Below the pieces are notes generated by a model. That model worked only from the letters and a program-made list of their open reading frames with translations. It made no database searches and was not told the origin of the DNA. A stretch of 62,071 nt of DNA, the filler included. It is 17 parts of 17 records of this genome, joined end to end, with 100 filler letters (N's around TTAATTAATTAA, not from the genome) between each part and the next. Parts side by side here need not be neighbours in the genome. Positions count along the whole stretch, not along the records: positions 1 to 3,204 come from SRR15195285_21235; positions 3,305 to 6,428 come from SRR15195285_21465; positions 6,529 to 9,542 come from SRR15195285_21657; positions 9,643 to 12,989 come from SRR15195285_21707; 13 more parts are not named here. One strand, 5' to 3'. This document shows, one piece after another, positions 1 to 12,600 of the stretch (positions are counted from its first letter, which is position 1; each line of letters begins with the position of its first letter). The position numbers and the translations under genes were made by a program.

Positions 1-3000
1 ATGGCTCCGTACTCGCACAACTGCGGTGATAGTGAGACGATAGGTATTGAATGCGCTGGAAGTTACCGCCCCCGTCATGCCGAGGCGGAATGGTACGTGC
101 CGGTCGCGTTTGATCAAGAGTGGGTGCACATCGCTCTCACGATCGACGAATCGGGGTCAGCGGACCTGTACGCCAACGGTGTTGCACTGGACGGCTCCAG
201 GACGCTCGTGCTCGACACCGTCGCTGTGACGAACGAAAACCCACTCTTCATTGGCGGTCCCCAGCAAGGGCCCCTCGCAGATTTTGCGGGCGAGCTCCAG
301 AGCCTCAAAATATGGAACCGCGCTCTTGCAGACGACGAGGTAAGCGATGACTACAACACGTGTTTGCCGAGCCTCGGTTCCACGCCATGGAGCAGCGGCC
401 TGGTAGCGTGGTACGGTGTGGACGGTGCAGACGTCTTCAGCGACCGCACCGCGTCGACACGCTCTGCCGATATCACACGACCAGTTGGAAGTCGCGCGTC
501 CATCGGACAGTGCCCGTGCAAGAACTCTCCGGACTGTGTGAATGCCAGAGCACCACCACGACGGGCGATTAGCCCTCGGATTATAAACGCAGACTGCGAC
601 CGTGGAGAATTTATGGAATTCGACGTGAACGATCTCGTAAGTCGCGTTGTCATGAAGGTCTACTTCATGAACGGACACGTTGGCATCGCGGAAGTGGAGT
701 TTCTCAGCTCTGATGCCACCGCAGAGACGTTTGAGCTGGACCGGCCAGTTTCACCAGGGCAGTACGTCCGGCTGGGCCTCATCAGTAACGTCGCTGGTGA
801 TCCCAGCGTCCCTGGAGAAGATGTAATCCAGGTGGACGAGGTCCAGGTGTTGGCAGGATGCAATGCGTATGGAGACGACTCGGCACTCAAGAATCTTCTG
901 GGCAACTACACAGTCGATGGATGTGACGAGGTGGGATCAGTTCTAACAGAGGGTGGCTTTTGCCCAATGCCAGGATATTTCGAGATGTACGAGGCGAAGG
1001 AGGAATGCATTCAGCTCAAGGACGAGTGCCAGTCGATGCGCTTCTCGCCACCTACTAACAACGCGCCTGAACCAGATCCGTTCGTGACTCAAGCGTGTGA
1101 CAGCGACCCAGACGGTGTCTGGACACACGTACGACACACAGATGGAAATTTTCACCCTCCGTCTGATAATTTATGCGGTACTGCCGTTTATGGTACTCGC
1201 GGCGAGTCATCTGACTGGTCAGTCAATTTTGAAGAAGCAGTACCTGACTACGACCAGTTCATGTTCGCTTCCGGAGATTGCAGGAAATGGATTGTGATGA
1301 CAAAAAATGAGGCCATCGGCGCCGATGGTATGAGAACGTACAGCAATTCCCAATTGCAGGTGCTCCGCGGCTCACAGTCCGACTCCGCTTTCCGAACTAA
1401 CGGTTATCGGCGCCAGACTTGCAACCAAGCAGGTAACCACGATCCCTGGATTCAGTACACGAACGTAAACCACGACCAGTGTGATGCAGTGCATCATACT
1501 TACCCACCCGCTTGTGGCGGCAACGGAGTGGGCGCACAGCACCAAGGCCTCGACGTGTACATTCGCAACTCGTTGGCGCCCCCGCCATCTCCCGAAAGCT
1601 TTTCTGCGCTCCCGGAATCGCTACAGCCGGCGCCAGCACCGCCGTCTCCCACGTACCTCGGCGGCTTTGCGGTGGGTGACGGACCCCACTGGGAATCCGC
1701 TCCGCCGTCTCGCGCTTGTGTCGCGGAGTGTGCATTGATGTTCCCAGGAGAACCCGGGTATGCGTGCTCGACGGATCGGTCCAGTGTCACCAACACGGCC
1801 ACCTACGAGATCTACGGAGAACTTCCGGCTGTGGAAGCCGACACGTACGCACTTCCGGACTGCCTAGCGTACGACCACGGCGGTTGTCCCTCATCGTTCG
1901 TCCTGGATTCCGGCATCACCACCGTCAACCACTGCTTTTCGGTACCCCCGGTCGATGCAAGTGCGGCGTTCACTGGTGCACCACTCGTACCATCATGGGC
2001 CCTTGAATCCGAAGCTCAAGGGATGGACGGCTGGATGGTCATTCTGAAGAGCAACGGCGACGACACATTCCAGTACGACAGCACGTACTGGGGTGATACT
2101 AGCACTATCTTGAACGAAGATTCAGCCCGCACCGAGCCAGGCAACGCCAAATACCCGGAATACAATTCCCAGGAGTTCGATCAAATCAAGCTGTGTGTCG
2201 GGGAGCTGGAAGAGGAATCCTGCACGGAGCCTTTCACGTTCGCTGCTCCACTGTCTAATGCCGCGGATCTATTCAACGGAGGCTTCCGGCGCGAGGGCGT
2301 TGTGCAGGCCGAGTGGGACTCGTTGTTCCAGCCTTCCGGGGACAGGGACTGTGGCATGCAACGGCCTGGTTTCAACACAGTGTGCAACGACAACAACCGT
2401 GCCCGCTGGGGCTACTGCAACAACATCCCCAACCAGGGATGCCAAACCAGCGACTCGAACGACGCCGACGGTGTGATCGGCATTGGTCTCCATGGCCAAG
2501 ACTGCTGCCCAATTGGGTCCGGCCACACGAACTATTTCGTCAACAACAACGCCAACTCAGGAAACGAAAAACGCGTACAGTCATGGATCCTGATCCCAGC
2601 TCCGAATCCTGTAGTTGAAGGAGGCTCAGTCGCTGGACAGTGCAACACGGTCTTCCGTACGCTCGTCAGCGGAGAGAATATTACGGAGGATGCGTCGTCC
2701 TTGATTCGCCTCAAGGCACCACCGAACGAGGCTAGATCGGTCTGTGACACAGTTCCGCTCGATCCTGTAGAAGTGAGCGCCAGCAGCGTCTTTGATGGCG
2801 ATATGAGCACCGGAGCGGAAATTTCGCAAATGATAGATGGCGAACTTGTCCAAAAGGTGACTCTCCAGCTAGAAACGCCAACGAAGGCGAGTGCCTACCG
2901 CTTCGCCACCTCAAATCAGCAGTGCCCAACAGCATGGGAGCTCTATGGCTCCAACGACGGCGTGACCTGGCAGCTCGTGCATTCACGCATCCCACCTGCA

Positions 3001-3204
3001 GAAGTAGAAGGCACTATGTCCTTTCAGAGCTCGCCCCGTGACGTCGGGATGCGCATCCGTGGAGGAGGCAACCGCGGTGTGCTGGAGTTCCGCGTCGACG
3101 GTGGCCAGTGGGACGCTGTGTGTGACGACTACTTTGATTCAAACAACAACCAGGCCGACGCAGTCTGCAGATCCCTCGGCTACGACGGCGGCGGCACCCA
3201 CTAC
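1..3204 (+). CDS. Large multidomain extracellular protein, partial at both ends: LamG/concanavalin-like domain, Cys-rich modules, fibrinogen-like/USOMP5-like module, discoidin-like segments and the start of an SRCR domain
   Basis: Open frame across the whole contig. LamG-like signature WVHIALT...LYANG...LFIGG...FAGELQSLKIWNRAL. GWMVILKSNG...NAKYPEYN...CGMQRPGFN...RARWG module. AWELYGSNDGVTW is discoidin-like. C-terminal MRIRGGGNRGVLEF...WDAVCDDYF...AVCRSLGY matches the SRCR start. Confidence 0.8.
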
Positions 3205-3304
3205 NNNNNNNNNNNNNNNNNNNNNNNNNNNNNNNNNNNNNNNNNNNNTTAATTAATTAANNNNNNNNNNNNNNNNNNNNNNNNNNNNNNNNNNNNNNNN
3301 NNNN
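3205..3304. other. Artificial contig spacer N44-TTAATTAATTAA-N44 (first of 16)
   Basis: Identical 100-bp spacers start at 3205, 6429, 9543, 12990, 16251, 20492, 23783, 28909, 32106, 36577, 40078, 44264, 47626, 51041, 54311 and 58252. The core places stop codons in all six frames. Confidence 0.98.
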
Positions 3305-3373
3305 GAGTGAAACACACACAAAAGAAGGGCTGGCACTACTAGCTAGTATGAATAAACAAGCGCCGGAGTTCAT

Positions 3374-3582
3374 TTAAAGGGAAATGAATAGTACCAGGCA
3401 GGTACTTGTTGCCGGATCGGAGGAGTGACAAGATACACTGTATTTGTACAGTATTGATGCAACACCTTCGATGAAAAATCGCACTGGTCCATACATTGTT
3501 AAAAAGCTCTTGCGCTGAGCTTTCCAGCGTTGTATGGTACATGATCTGAAATCGCCCTAGCCCGATCTGAAATCGCCCTAGC
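3374..3582. repeat. AT-rich repeat-like segment, possible non-autonomous DNA transposon end
   Basis: TTAA|AGGG at 3374. Dyad AAAGCTC-N7-GAGCTTT at 3503-3523. Direct repeat GATCTGAAATCGCCCTAGC at 3543-3561 and 3564-3582. Confidence 0.35.
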
Positions 3583-3604
3583 ATTGGCTTGCACCCATCT
3601 GAGT

Positions 3605-6109
3605 CTATTGAGGAGGCATGCCTCGCGCCCGCCGCACGGCATTCTCCAAGCGCTGCAGGTTGCTTCCATCGCACTCGAAGTATGTTGGCATCGCCTCTAG
3701 TGTCAGATTGAGCGGTGCAGACGACCCACCATTGTCCTTGCTTAGAACTTCGCCTGTCCCCGCCGTGACAACAGTGCCCGACGGCAGTTCGACTGAGATC
3801 GGTACATACTGAAGCGTGCGATCACGATCCATGCCTTCAAATGTGCCGTGTGTCCACACAGCCACCACACTCCGTGCCTGACCAGCCACGCCTGTTGAGA
3901 AGGTGAGGCCTGTCAGCGACGCTGGGAGTCCAGAGACCCGGTGCACAAACCTCGAGCCGACGTGATCTGTCATCCTAGCAGCCATGGCAAACGCGGCAGC
4001 GGCAGGTAATGGGTACATACCAGCAGCAGCAACATCACCAGGTTGTCCCGTCCGGAACAGTCCGTAGCTCGTGCCCGCCTCAAGTCCTGGAAAAGTCGCC
4101 GAAAACACGAAGAAGCGGTCGACCTCAGGGACTGTCCGCAAGAGAATGCAGTATTGTGCGATGGCAGCGGCGTGCTCACGCGCCCACTTGGAGGCGGCAC
4201 TCTCGTTCTGAGACAGCCCATACCCGAACTCTGTTGGCCGAATAGGCAGCGATGCACCACCACCAGTGGCGCGTTGGATAATATTTGACAGATTGTGAAG
4301 GCCGTCTGTCAGCGAAAACTGCGAGGGGAGCACATCTTCTGGCATCGTCCAGCTTGCATTGCCCCACGCCGCAGCCACGGTGGGCAAGTAGTGTTGCCTC
4401 GCGTACGGATGTGGTGATACCGCAGCTAGCTTTGCGCCACCAGGCGAAGCCACCAACGCGCTTAGCACACCTCGCACGAACTCGAAATCATGAACAGTCC
4501 AGAATTCCTCGCCAGAGACACTCAACGCGGTAATCTCCTGCTCGAGCCCTGGGCAGACTGACTGGGTTGCGTTTTGAACGGCTTCCAGTGTTCCAATATA
4601 GAGTGACACGGCCTGTTCCAGAGGGACAAGCGGGGTCCCATAGTAGACCTGACTGTCAGGTTCGTTGCCCACCTCTACACCATGAGTCATACCGCAGAAC
4701 TGACGCAACACATCCGTCACAAACTTCGTGTATGCGGGGAGATGCTCTGGCCGCGGATAGAGCGTCCACGGCGAATATCGACCTGCGGCAGAGCCATTCG
4801 AGTCGATCGCCCAGTCTGGCGGCTCCGCTCGCATGTCGAGGGTCACGCTGATGTTGTTCTCAACCGCACTCTCAATCATGCTTCGCATACCACCAGAAGT
4901 CATATCGGGAGTCGCGCCTACAGTGCGCTGCATCCATCGCCAATACACCTGTATTCGTGTGTGTGCAATTCCGAGGCGTGCGGCTGCGCCCGCCATGCCA
5001 GCACCGAAAAACTGCGAGCCGAACGTTCGAGATACGTCTGGTTGCGGGTGCAAGTCACGATCGATGACCACCAACGCGCTTTCAATGCCTGCCTGCTGCG
5101 CCGGGCTGGCGCACCTTCCCAGCGCCTGCACCCGTAAACTGTACAGGTGGTAGCCAGGTGCAGCGTTAGCTGCGACAGTGCAGATGCACGAAGACTGGCT
5201 CCACCCTGCGACTACCACAGTGTTGCCCGGCTTCACGTTGATGCCACTGCACTGGGCGGCATACGGCCGCACTGCCCCACCTGCATCCCTGAGTTCCAGG
5301 GAGAAGTTGCAGCTCGTGCGGAGGACATTCGTCACATTGGCGACGAGCTGATGACCTCCTGCTGCACGAACCTCATCCCCGTAAGCAATACCAAAGGATT
5401 GCACTGGAGCAATGGTCCCCAGCAGCGTTGCTGCTGGCGCAGTGCGTGTGTGTAAGGAGAGGTTTGATAGCAGCAAGCTACCAGCCTGGTCGCCCCGATT
5501 GTCAACTCCGATCGCTACTTTAGTCAAAGGAAAGTGGATCACTCCATCAGTCGGGCCCGGCCCGTAGTGCGTCGGCAGCGCAGCTTTGGTCAGCGCCACG
5601 ACGAGCAGTTTGTCCGTGGCGTTATGTGTTGCTCCGCCGAGGTGTGTTTGCCCGAGCGCGTCCACAACCCGCACCATGATGGAGGTAGCTGCACCGGCTA
5701 GCTGGATACTCAGCGCGGTCGGACTCTTCACGGCCGATAGCGCGCTGGCGCCATGGTAGAACTCAGCCGCCACATATCCCCGTGTCTTGGTCGTCTGCCC
5801 AGAAAAGTTGTAGCTCAAAGTCAAGGCAGCAGCTTGCGGTGACGCGGCGGTGAGGGAGCCACTGGATCCCGCCCACTCAGGGCCGTTCGAGAACGTCCAC
5901 GACTTCGCAGCCAGAGCGTTGGCGTCGCAGCGACTGATGAGGAGCTCGTACTCAGCGCTCAGAGCAGCTTCCCGAGACTTCGAGTCGGCGGCCGTGGCCT
6001 TGAAATCGGGTATAGCAGGCTGCACCAACAACGTCAGCGCCAGCACCACCGACCGCTGCAGTTGCAGGAACCTGGTGCTCACCGAGCCCGAACGTTGCCG
6101 AGGGCTCAT
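3605..6109 (-). CDS. Secreted clan GH-A glycoside hydrolase (GH39/GH5-like) with N-terminal CBM-like beta-sandwich, ~834 aa, intronless
   Basis: First ATG at 6109 (MSPRQRSG...VVLALTLLVQPA, signal-like). Acid/base motif VEVGNEPD, nucleophile motif PTEFG, plus VSPHPY and YGLFR. Confidence 0.75.
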   Translation of the reverse strand: MSPRQRSGSVSTRFLQLQRSVVLALTLLVQPAIPDFKATAADSKSREAALSAEYELLISRCDANALAAKSWTFSNGPEWAGSSGSLTAASPQAAALTLSYNFSGQTTKTRGYVAAEFYHGASALSAVKSPTALSIQLAGAATSIMVRVVDALGQTHLGGATHNATDKLLVVALTKAALPTHYGPGPTDGVIHFPLTKVAIGVDNRGDQAGSLLLSNLSLHTRTAPAATLLGTIAPVQSFGIAYGDEVRAAGGHQLVANVTNVLRTSCNFSLELRDAGGAVRPYAAQCSGINVKPGNTVVVAGWSQSSCICTVAANAAPGYHLYSLRVQALGRCASPAQQAGIESALVVIDRDLHPQPDVSRTFGSQFFGAGMAGAAARLGIAHTRIQVYWRWMQRTVGATPDMTSGGMRSMIESAVENNISVTLDMRAEPPDWAIDSNGSAAGRYSPWTLYPRPEHLPAYTKFVTDVLRQFCGMTHGVEVGNEPDSQVYYGTPLVPLEQAVSLYIGTLEAVQNATQSVCPGLEQEITALSVSGEEFWTVHDFEFVRGVLSALVASPGGAKLAAVSPHPYARQHYLPTVAAAWGNASWTMPEDVLPSQFSLTDGLHNLSNIIQRATGGGASLPIRPTEFGYGLSQNESAASKWAREHAAAIAQYCILLRTVPEVDRFFVFSATFPGLEAGTSYGLFRTGQPGDVAAAGMYPLPAAAAFAMAARMTDHVGSRFVHRVSGLPASLTGLTFSTGVAGQARSVVAVWTHGTFEGMDRDRTLQYVPISVELPSGTVVTAGTGEVLSKDNGGSSAPLNLTLEAMPTYFECDGSNLQRLENAVRRARGMPPQ

Positions 6110-6557
6110 GACCACGGGCGTGACCGGACACCAGCAAGGGCCTTGCTCCCGGGCTGTGTCCTGCGCGGATGTATAAGACAGATGATGTATACTGTCCGGG
6201 CGAGCTGCTGCGTGGTGCCGCCGCTGCCACTGCGTGCTGCTGTCCACCGCGGCGCGCAGACCCCGCTGCGCAGTGGCGCCCTCGTCTCTCTCGCGCGCGC
6301 GCGCGGTCTACGCGTTAACATCTACGCGCGCGCGCAGTACATGTACTACATTCGATACATGCAGTATACTAGTATACAAGCGTAAGGCGGATACATGTAC
6401 GAAAGGTAGATATTTCGAATTGGCAGTCNNNNNNNNNNNNNNNNNNNNNNNNNNNNNNNNNNNNNNNNNNNNTTAATTAATTAANNNNNNNNNNNNNNNN
6501 NNNNNNNNNNNNNNNNNNNNNNNNNNNNTGCTGCTGCTGCTGCTGCTGCTGCTGCAG

Positions 6558-8425
6558 ACCTCAAGTTCTTCGAGCCGTATCTGTGGGTCGTGCTTGTGGA
6601 ATGGGGCCTGTCACTTGGTCAGATCGGCATGCTTGTTTCCGTCGAGAAGATAACTTGCTACTTGTTCGAGCTCCCCTCGGGTTACCTCGCGGACCGCTGG
6701 GGCATGCGCAAGGAGCTGTGCCTATGCTTCGTCTTTTATATCATCGCGTTCGTACTGTACTACTACGGTCGATCGAACTTCGGCTTTTTACTCGGGGCGG
6801 CATTTCTGTGCGCTTCATTGCCCTGGCTTGATTTGATTCTCGGAAGGAATAGCACAGATTTTGACGCAACGGGGTGGCCGCGTGTGGCCGCGGTAGGTAT
6901 GGGCTTGGCGAGGCCATGCGCTCTGGTACCCACAAGGCAATGGTTCTGCTCTGGCTCGAGCGCAACGACCTGATGCGCTGCAAAAGCTACCTATACGGCC
7001 GGACACGCTCCTGGTCTCTGATCGGGTCCGGAGTGTCTGCAGTCCTCTCCATCTTCATCATGTTGCTTGTGCAAAGCCAAGACCGGCAGGAAAATATCTT
7101 CATATATTCCGTGCTGCCGTACGTTGCTGACCTTGCCATGGTGGCGTCGTATCCGTCGTACATGGATTACGACGAAGCGAAGCAGGCCAAGAAGGCCAAG
7201 AAGGCCAAAGAGGCTGCAGCCGCGGGGATTGCAGTGAAAAATGAGGCGTGGTATCTACAGCCGGTAGCAGACATGCGCTCACTGCTGCAGGTGGTTGGCG
7301 ACCCGGTGCGTCACATCGTTGTCTCATTGCGATTGCGCCACTTGCGTAGCAAACATTTTTTATGTTGCAGGTGAAGCGACGCTGCTTGTTCTCATCGTGC
7401 ACCTTCATGAGCTACCACTCCATTTTGAAACATTTCATACAAGCGGTGGTGCTCATTTACGGCGCTGAGGTGCGCTGATCGTTTCCACTGAAGGTCTCTC
7501 CTCCTTCTGATGACACTGGACCGTGCGTTGGGTTGTTGTTGTCCCTGCGTTCCGAAGGGCTTTGGTTACACAGACTGGGACGGGCATGAGTGGCAGCGAA
7601 CGTTACTTCTCGGTATCACATATGGTGTATTCTACTTCTCGTCTGCTCCCGTCACGAAGAAGGCTTACCTCATACAACGACGCTTTAGCTCAGTGCGGCA
7701 TCTCCACTGAAGCGCAAAAGAAATTGCCCGAGTCTGCACAGTCGCTGATCATGACGGCGGAAACGTGTTGCTGTCGTCGTCCGTGTGTTTTTGTGCGTGC
7801 AGGGAAAGGTGGCAATGGACGTGATCCAAGACGCGTACGGCATAGCTCTGATGGTCGGGGCGCTTTTGCTGTGGTTCGGGTTTGCCTCGATGCTTCCTGT
7901 GCTATATATTGCTCTGTACGCCTGCTATAATCTCTTTCACCCAATCAGGCTTTCGACTATATCGGACCTGGCAGGCAAGGTGCGTTCCCCTAGCTCGAAT
8001 TTCGCATGAGGGCAACCCGACCACGCGTGACAATGTGCGTAGACCGGGTTATATGCTCCTTGTGTGATGCGCAGGAGCTTCGAGCAACGCTGCTGTCCGC
8101 GGACTCGTTGCTGGAGACACTGTTTGTATCAATCGGCGCGCCGATTGCCGGGCTGATAGCGGAGACACTTGGCACAGCCTCCACATTCGCGGCCATCGGC
8201 TGCGTTGGGATAGCAATCAATCACGCAGTGCTCACTGAAAACAATCGATGTTGCGGCAACGATGGGAGCAGCGGCGAGGAGGGCGTTCGTGCAACAGACG
8301 GGGGCGGGGCAGAGGATGTAGAGACGGCGAAGGAGGAGCGGGAGGGGCTGCTGGCCGAGGAGACAACGAGTGGAGATGACACTGACGACGAGAAGCGAAA
8401 GGGCGTGGAGAAGGCCCGAGATTAA
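6558..8425 (+). CDS. Major facilitator superfamily transporter, 5'-partial, 5 internal introns
   Basis: Motifs FELPSGYLADRWG, GEAMRSGTHKA and ELRATLLS. Introns 6808-6896, 7306-7370, 7470-7557, 7693-7802 and 7980-8074 (all GTGCG...AG) restore one frame. Confidence 0.85.
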
Positions 8426-8450
8426 ATCGAAATATGTGCGGTGTGCCTGT

Positions 8451-9206
8451 TCACTTATCACTGCCGCCACTGCCGCCGCCTGATGCCGCGGCGATCATCG
8501 CCCTAATGTCCTCCTGCTGCGCAAACTCCGAGCGCGCGATGACGTTTGAGACGAAAATCGTCTGCGCCGGGTCCGCACTCTTGATCCAAACCCGGCCGTT
8601 GTTGGCCGTGGCGAGCTCAAACGCCAGCTTGATGCGCTCCAGCTCGAGGAGCACGATCGAGTTGTCGTGAAGCAGCGAGTTGGCAAGGTCGAGCGAGGTC
8701 TCAAACATGTAGCCGCCGACCAGCGGGCCGTACATGCTGTCGCCCGTCATCCAGCCCTTCGTGTTGCTCCCGGTCGAGACGCAGGAGACCTCCGGCTCTA
8801 CGTGCTTGTCAGCGCGCGTCACGTGCGCGTGTACGAGCGACCCCACCTCGAGGTGCGGGCGATTCCGCCGCGACGCCCCCTCGAATGCGATGCCATTCAG
8901 CGCTGCGCGGTGCGGCCCGCCGATGTCCACGCTGTACGACTCGCCATGCTTTTCGATGACAACGCCAAGAACGCTGTCCCCCTGGGCCGGCGCGTACTTC
9001 TTCTGATGGTTGAGCACCTGGTAGCGGTCGCCCCCGCCCTGCGACTTGCGCAGCGCCGCGTGCTGCACAACCCCCGCCTTCGTCGCCACGATCGCGCTGC
9101 TCGGGCCGCCCGTCGCGACCAAGCCGACGCCCACACGCACGGTCCCCTCATGCCCCTCCAGCGAGACCACCGTGTCCCCTGGCAGCACCACCTGCGCGCC
9201 GCTCAT
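8451..9206 (-). CDS. EXOSC3: Exosome complex component RRP40
   Basis: VVLPGD, KYAPAQGDSVLGVV, YSVDIG, AFEGASRRNRPHL (S1 domain) and FELATANNGRVWI (KH). ATG at 9206. Confidence 0.93.
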   Translation of the reverse strand: MSGAQVVLPGDTVVSLEGHEGTVRVGVGLVATGGPSSAIVATKAGVVQHAALRKSQGGGDRYQVLNHQKKYAPAQGDSVLGVVIEKHGESYSVDIGGPHRAALNGIAFEGASRRNRPHLEVGSLVHAHVTRADKHVEPEVSCVSTGSNTKGWMTGDSMYGPLVGGYMFETSLDLANSLLHDNSIVLLELERIKLAFELATANNGRVWIKSADPAQTIFVSNVIARSEFAQQEDIRAMIAAASGGGSGGSDK

Positions 9207-9642
9207 CGACGCTGAGCTGCTCCAGAAGATCACCGCGAGATGCCGCAGAAGAAGGCGCTCATCCGCAGCCGCAGACGTCCATCTCAGCCACCCTCGGTTC
9301 TCAGGCAAAATTCAAGCGCCGGGGTATTGTACATTCAATTTCTGGTCAGTCTGCATTGGAAAATTGTACCATTCTGTGTTACCCTCATTGGTGTGTGACA
9401 CACGCTGAGAATTGACCCGGTTTGTGATGTTTGTTCCGCGGCGCACTGCGCCGCCGGCGCCGGCGCTCCGGGCGAGCCGGCGGCGCGCGGGAGTGACCAT
9501 TGAATCATACTGTACCGTACATTTGCTTGAGATGCAGGGATGNNNNNNNNNNNNNNNNNNNNNNNNNNNNNNNNNNNNNNNNNNNNTTAATTAATTAANN
9601 NNNNNNNNNNNNNNNNNNNNNNNNNNNNNNNNNNNNNNNNNN

Positions 9643-12600
9643 CTGGTTGCCGGCCTGCGTGGGTGGGGACAGCAGACCCATACAGGTGAACAGCGAGCAG
9701 CGGCGGAAGCGTGCGCGGCTCAACTCGCAGATCGAGCAGGTGGGAGTGCAACACGAGATGGAGCCTCTCGTGGAAGCTGCTCTGCTTACACACGGCCCAG
9801 GGCTGCGCGCGTACCCCTCCCTGCATGGCAAATTGAAGGCGTGCGCGTGCGCCAGCAAGGAGTGCCGCGAGTTCCGGCAGCAGTACAACTTCGGCGACGC
9901 CACCGTAAGGGTGACAAACTCCGACAACTGGCCGGAGGACCGGCAGCGCCGGCACTTCCGTGCGCTCGGCAAGAGCGAGGCAGAGACTAAGGCGTTGGTC
10001 GAGAGGGTTGCCATGGGCAAGGACGTCCGCATCGCGACATGGCACTACTACGGTAGTGACCGTGAGCTGCAGCGTGGGCGGTGGGTCATCAAGGCCTTGA
10101 CGCAGAACCCACGGCAATTGCATCTTGGGCGGCGGCGCACGATCAATTCGCCACTCCCTAACCGCTCTGTTGGGTCCAACGCCGATGGTGATGGAGGGGC
10201 TGACTCGCCCAACTACCGCGCGCATCCGGACTGGCGGCCGTTGGAAGCGCCAGCATCGACACCGATGGTTGCAGGAGCAGCTTCTGCAGCAGTGGCTTAT
10301 TCGGACCGCACGGCTAGGCTACAAGCGCGGGTATCGGTGGCGTCTGCACAACCACCGCAGCTGCAACGCACGCCCGAAAAGCCACAGGAGCGCAAGCTAG
10401 TGGCACTCAAGGTGTCTCCGGATGACAAGCGGCGAGGCGCTGATTCGTCCCGGCCGTGGTGGGGGATGACCTGCCTACCCCAGCTGCAGCTTCTGACCGA
10501 TATCCTCAACGATCACTACACGCAGGACTCTCAGCACGGTGGCTGCCCGGGCCAACACTCCGAGGACCAACGGTCCGATGGACGGGCGCGCTACGCACAA
10601 AAGCCTCGCATCACCTGGCGGCCGTCTTGGGACAGCACACATGGCACTTGTCTGTGCTTGCACGGCGAATGCACCGCCTGTGGGCAGACGTTCCGATGGG
10701 ACTCCCAGCCACGATCAGAGGCGACGGGCAACTTCATGGGCAATGACCTGATTGGCGCTGCCGTTGCGGCGTCTCCAGTGACGGTGACACACGCGCAATA
10801 CTTCATAGCTTTACTGATGATGCAGCCTCCGGCAGCGAAGACTATCAGATCGTTCGTGTACGAGCACGCCGCCCCAGTTTTGCACAGCATGTGGGAGGAG
10901 CAGCAGGAGGAGATGTTTGCGCGGATTCGGCACACAGACGGCACAACTGGCCGCACGATCATCCTCGAGTTTGATATGAGCTTTAGTTGCGTGCGGTCCG
11001 CGGAGCACAGCACTGCCTCGTGCGTTGACGCGGAAACAGGTCTGGTGCTGTGGAAGGCCGTGTTCTCCGAGGGTGAGGCAGCAACACGCGAACCACTTGC
11101 TTGCCGAGAGGGACTGGAGTTGTTCAAATCGAAGGGAATTGACGTTGGGGCCATGGTTATTGACGATTCGAATTGCCGGGTGATCATTGAGGCTACACAG
11201 CGTGGGCAAGCGGCTACCGAGGCTCAGCGGCGGCAATTCATCAAGGTGCTGCTGGATGTCTGGCACTCGAAGAAGAACGGCAAGCCAGAGATGGAGAAGT
11301 ATCTGAATGGCGACGACTCGAGTGCACTTGATCGGTTTCTGAAGGGATTCGAAGTGGAGTGCGACGCACAGGGCCGCGTTCTCACAGACTCGGGGCTCGT
11401 GTCGTTGCTAGACTTAATCTCGGCTGCACAGGCGGAGAGTTTCAAGCGCGACTTTTCGGTCTACTTTGTGGCAATCGAAAGCCTCTCGGACGAGCAACGT
11501 ACTTCCTGGGAGGAGATGAAGGACGACCCAGAGATGCATGCGGATGCGCTCAAGGCGATGCTTGCGGATGAGACAGCAGAGCACTCGAATCCGAATGTCC
11601 GCGACAGTGTGACAGAGGCAGAATATGAGGCGCTGCGTGTGGAGCTCAACGCGCTCAGATGCGACCGCAACGAGAAGGCGCTGCACCGTGCACGCCGAAA
11701 GGCAGAGGGCACAGGGGGCGTGTTTGATCCGAGCGAGGTGACCTTGCAGCAAGCTCTGTCCCATGTGGACCAATTCCGATTGAACTCGGTGCCAGTCCCA
11801 GCAAAAGCCGAGCTCCTGGCGATTATTCGTGCGCTGCACCGGCGGTACAGCAGCAGCAGCAATACTGTCGTGATGGCCGATGGACAGAGCTTGACCCTCG
11901 ACAGCAAGAAAGGTGGCATCACGGTTGGACCGGCGAACGAGCTTGTGCGCGAGTGTTTGGCGTCAGCTACTGGCATGGGGATGCCAGCCAGTACGGCTCT
12001 AGCAGAGCTATGCCGAGCTATCGATGTGTCGGAGATCATCGCATCTTTGCCGATGAAAGCGACCAGTGTTTCGGCGGCTGCATCATGCCACAAGGCCGAC
12101 GTTCAAACTGTGTTGAGCCGGGCCCGAAGTGAGACAATAAAGAAAAAGGCTTCGTACTTTGATTCTTTTGGTCACTTCTGCCGCATCGTTAACGAGGTTT
12201 GGGGGACTGCGCAGCAGAAATTCAAGGCTTTCTGGGTGCTTCAAGCGCTACAAAACGTCCCGAGGCACTACGCTGGCGATCACACCGATTGTGCATGCTA
12301 CATGTGGTTTAGTCGGTGCAAAGAACGGGCGTGTGGACCAATTAGCAGAAGAGATACGTCCCTTGGTTGGGATAACTTGCCTCTGTCACACACGATGTCA
12401 AAGCAGGTAGTGAAGATTGCGACAATAATGATGAACGATTACACACTCTCAAATAAGATGCGACACCACACTTATCGCACAGTGCTTTTTGGGCGCACGA
12501 GTCGCAACGAGTCGTGGAACCACGCTTTGAGAGTGTTTTCGGCGATGTACTCCCACCTATCCAGAAATCAGGAGGAGCTCAATGCGACGGTAGTGACTCT

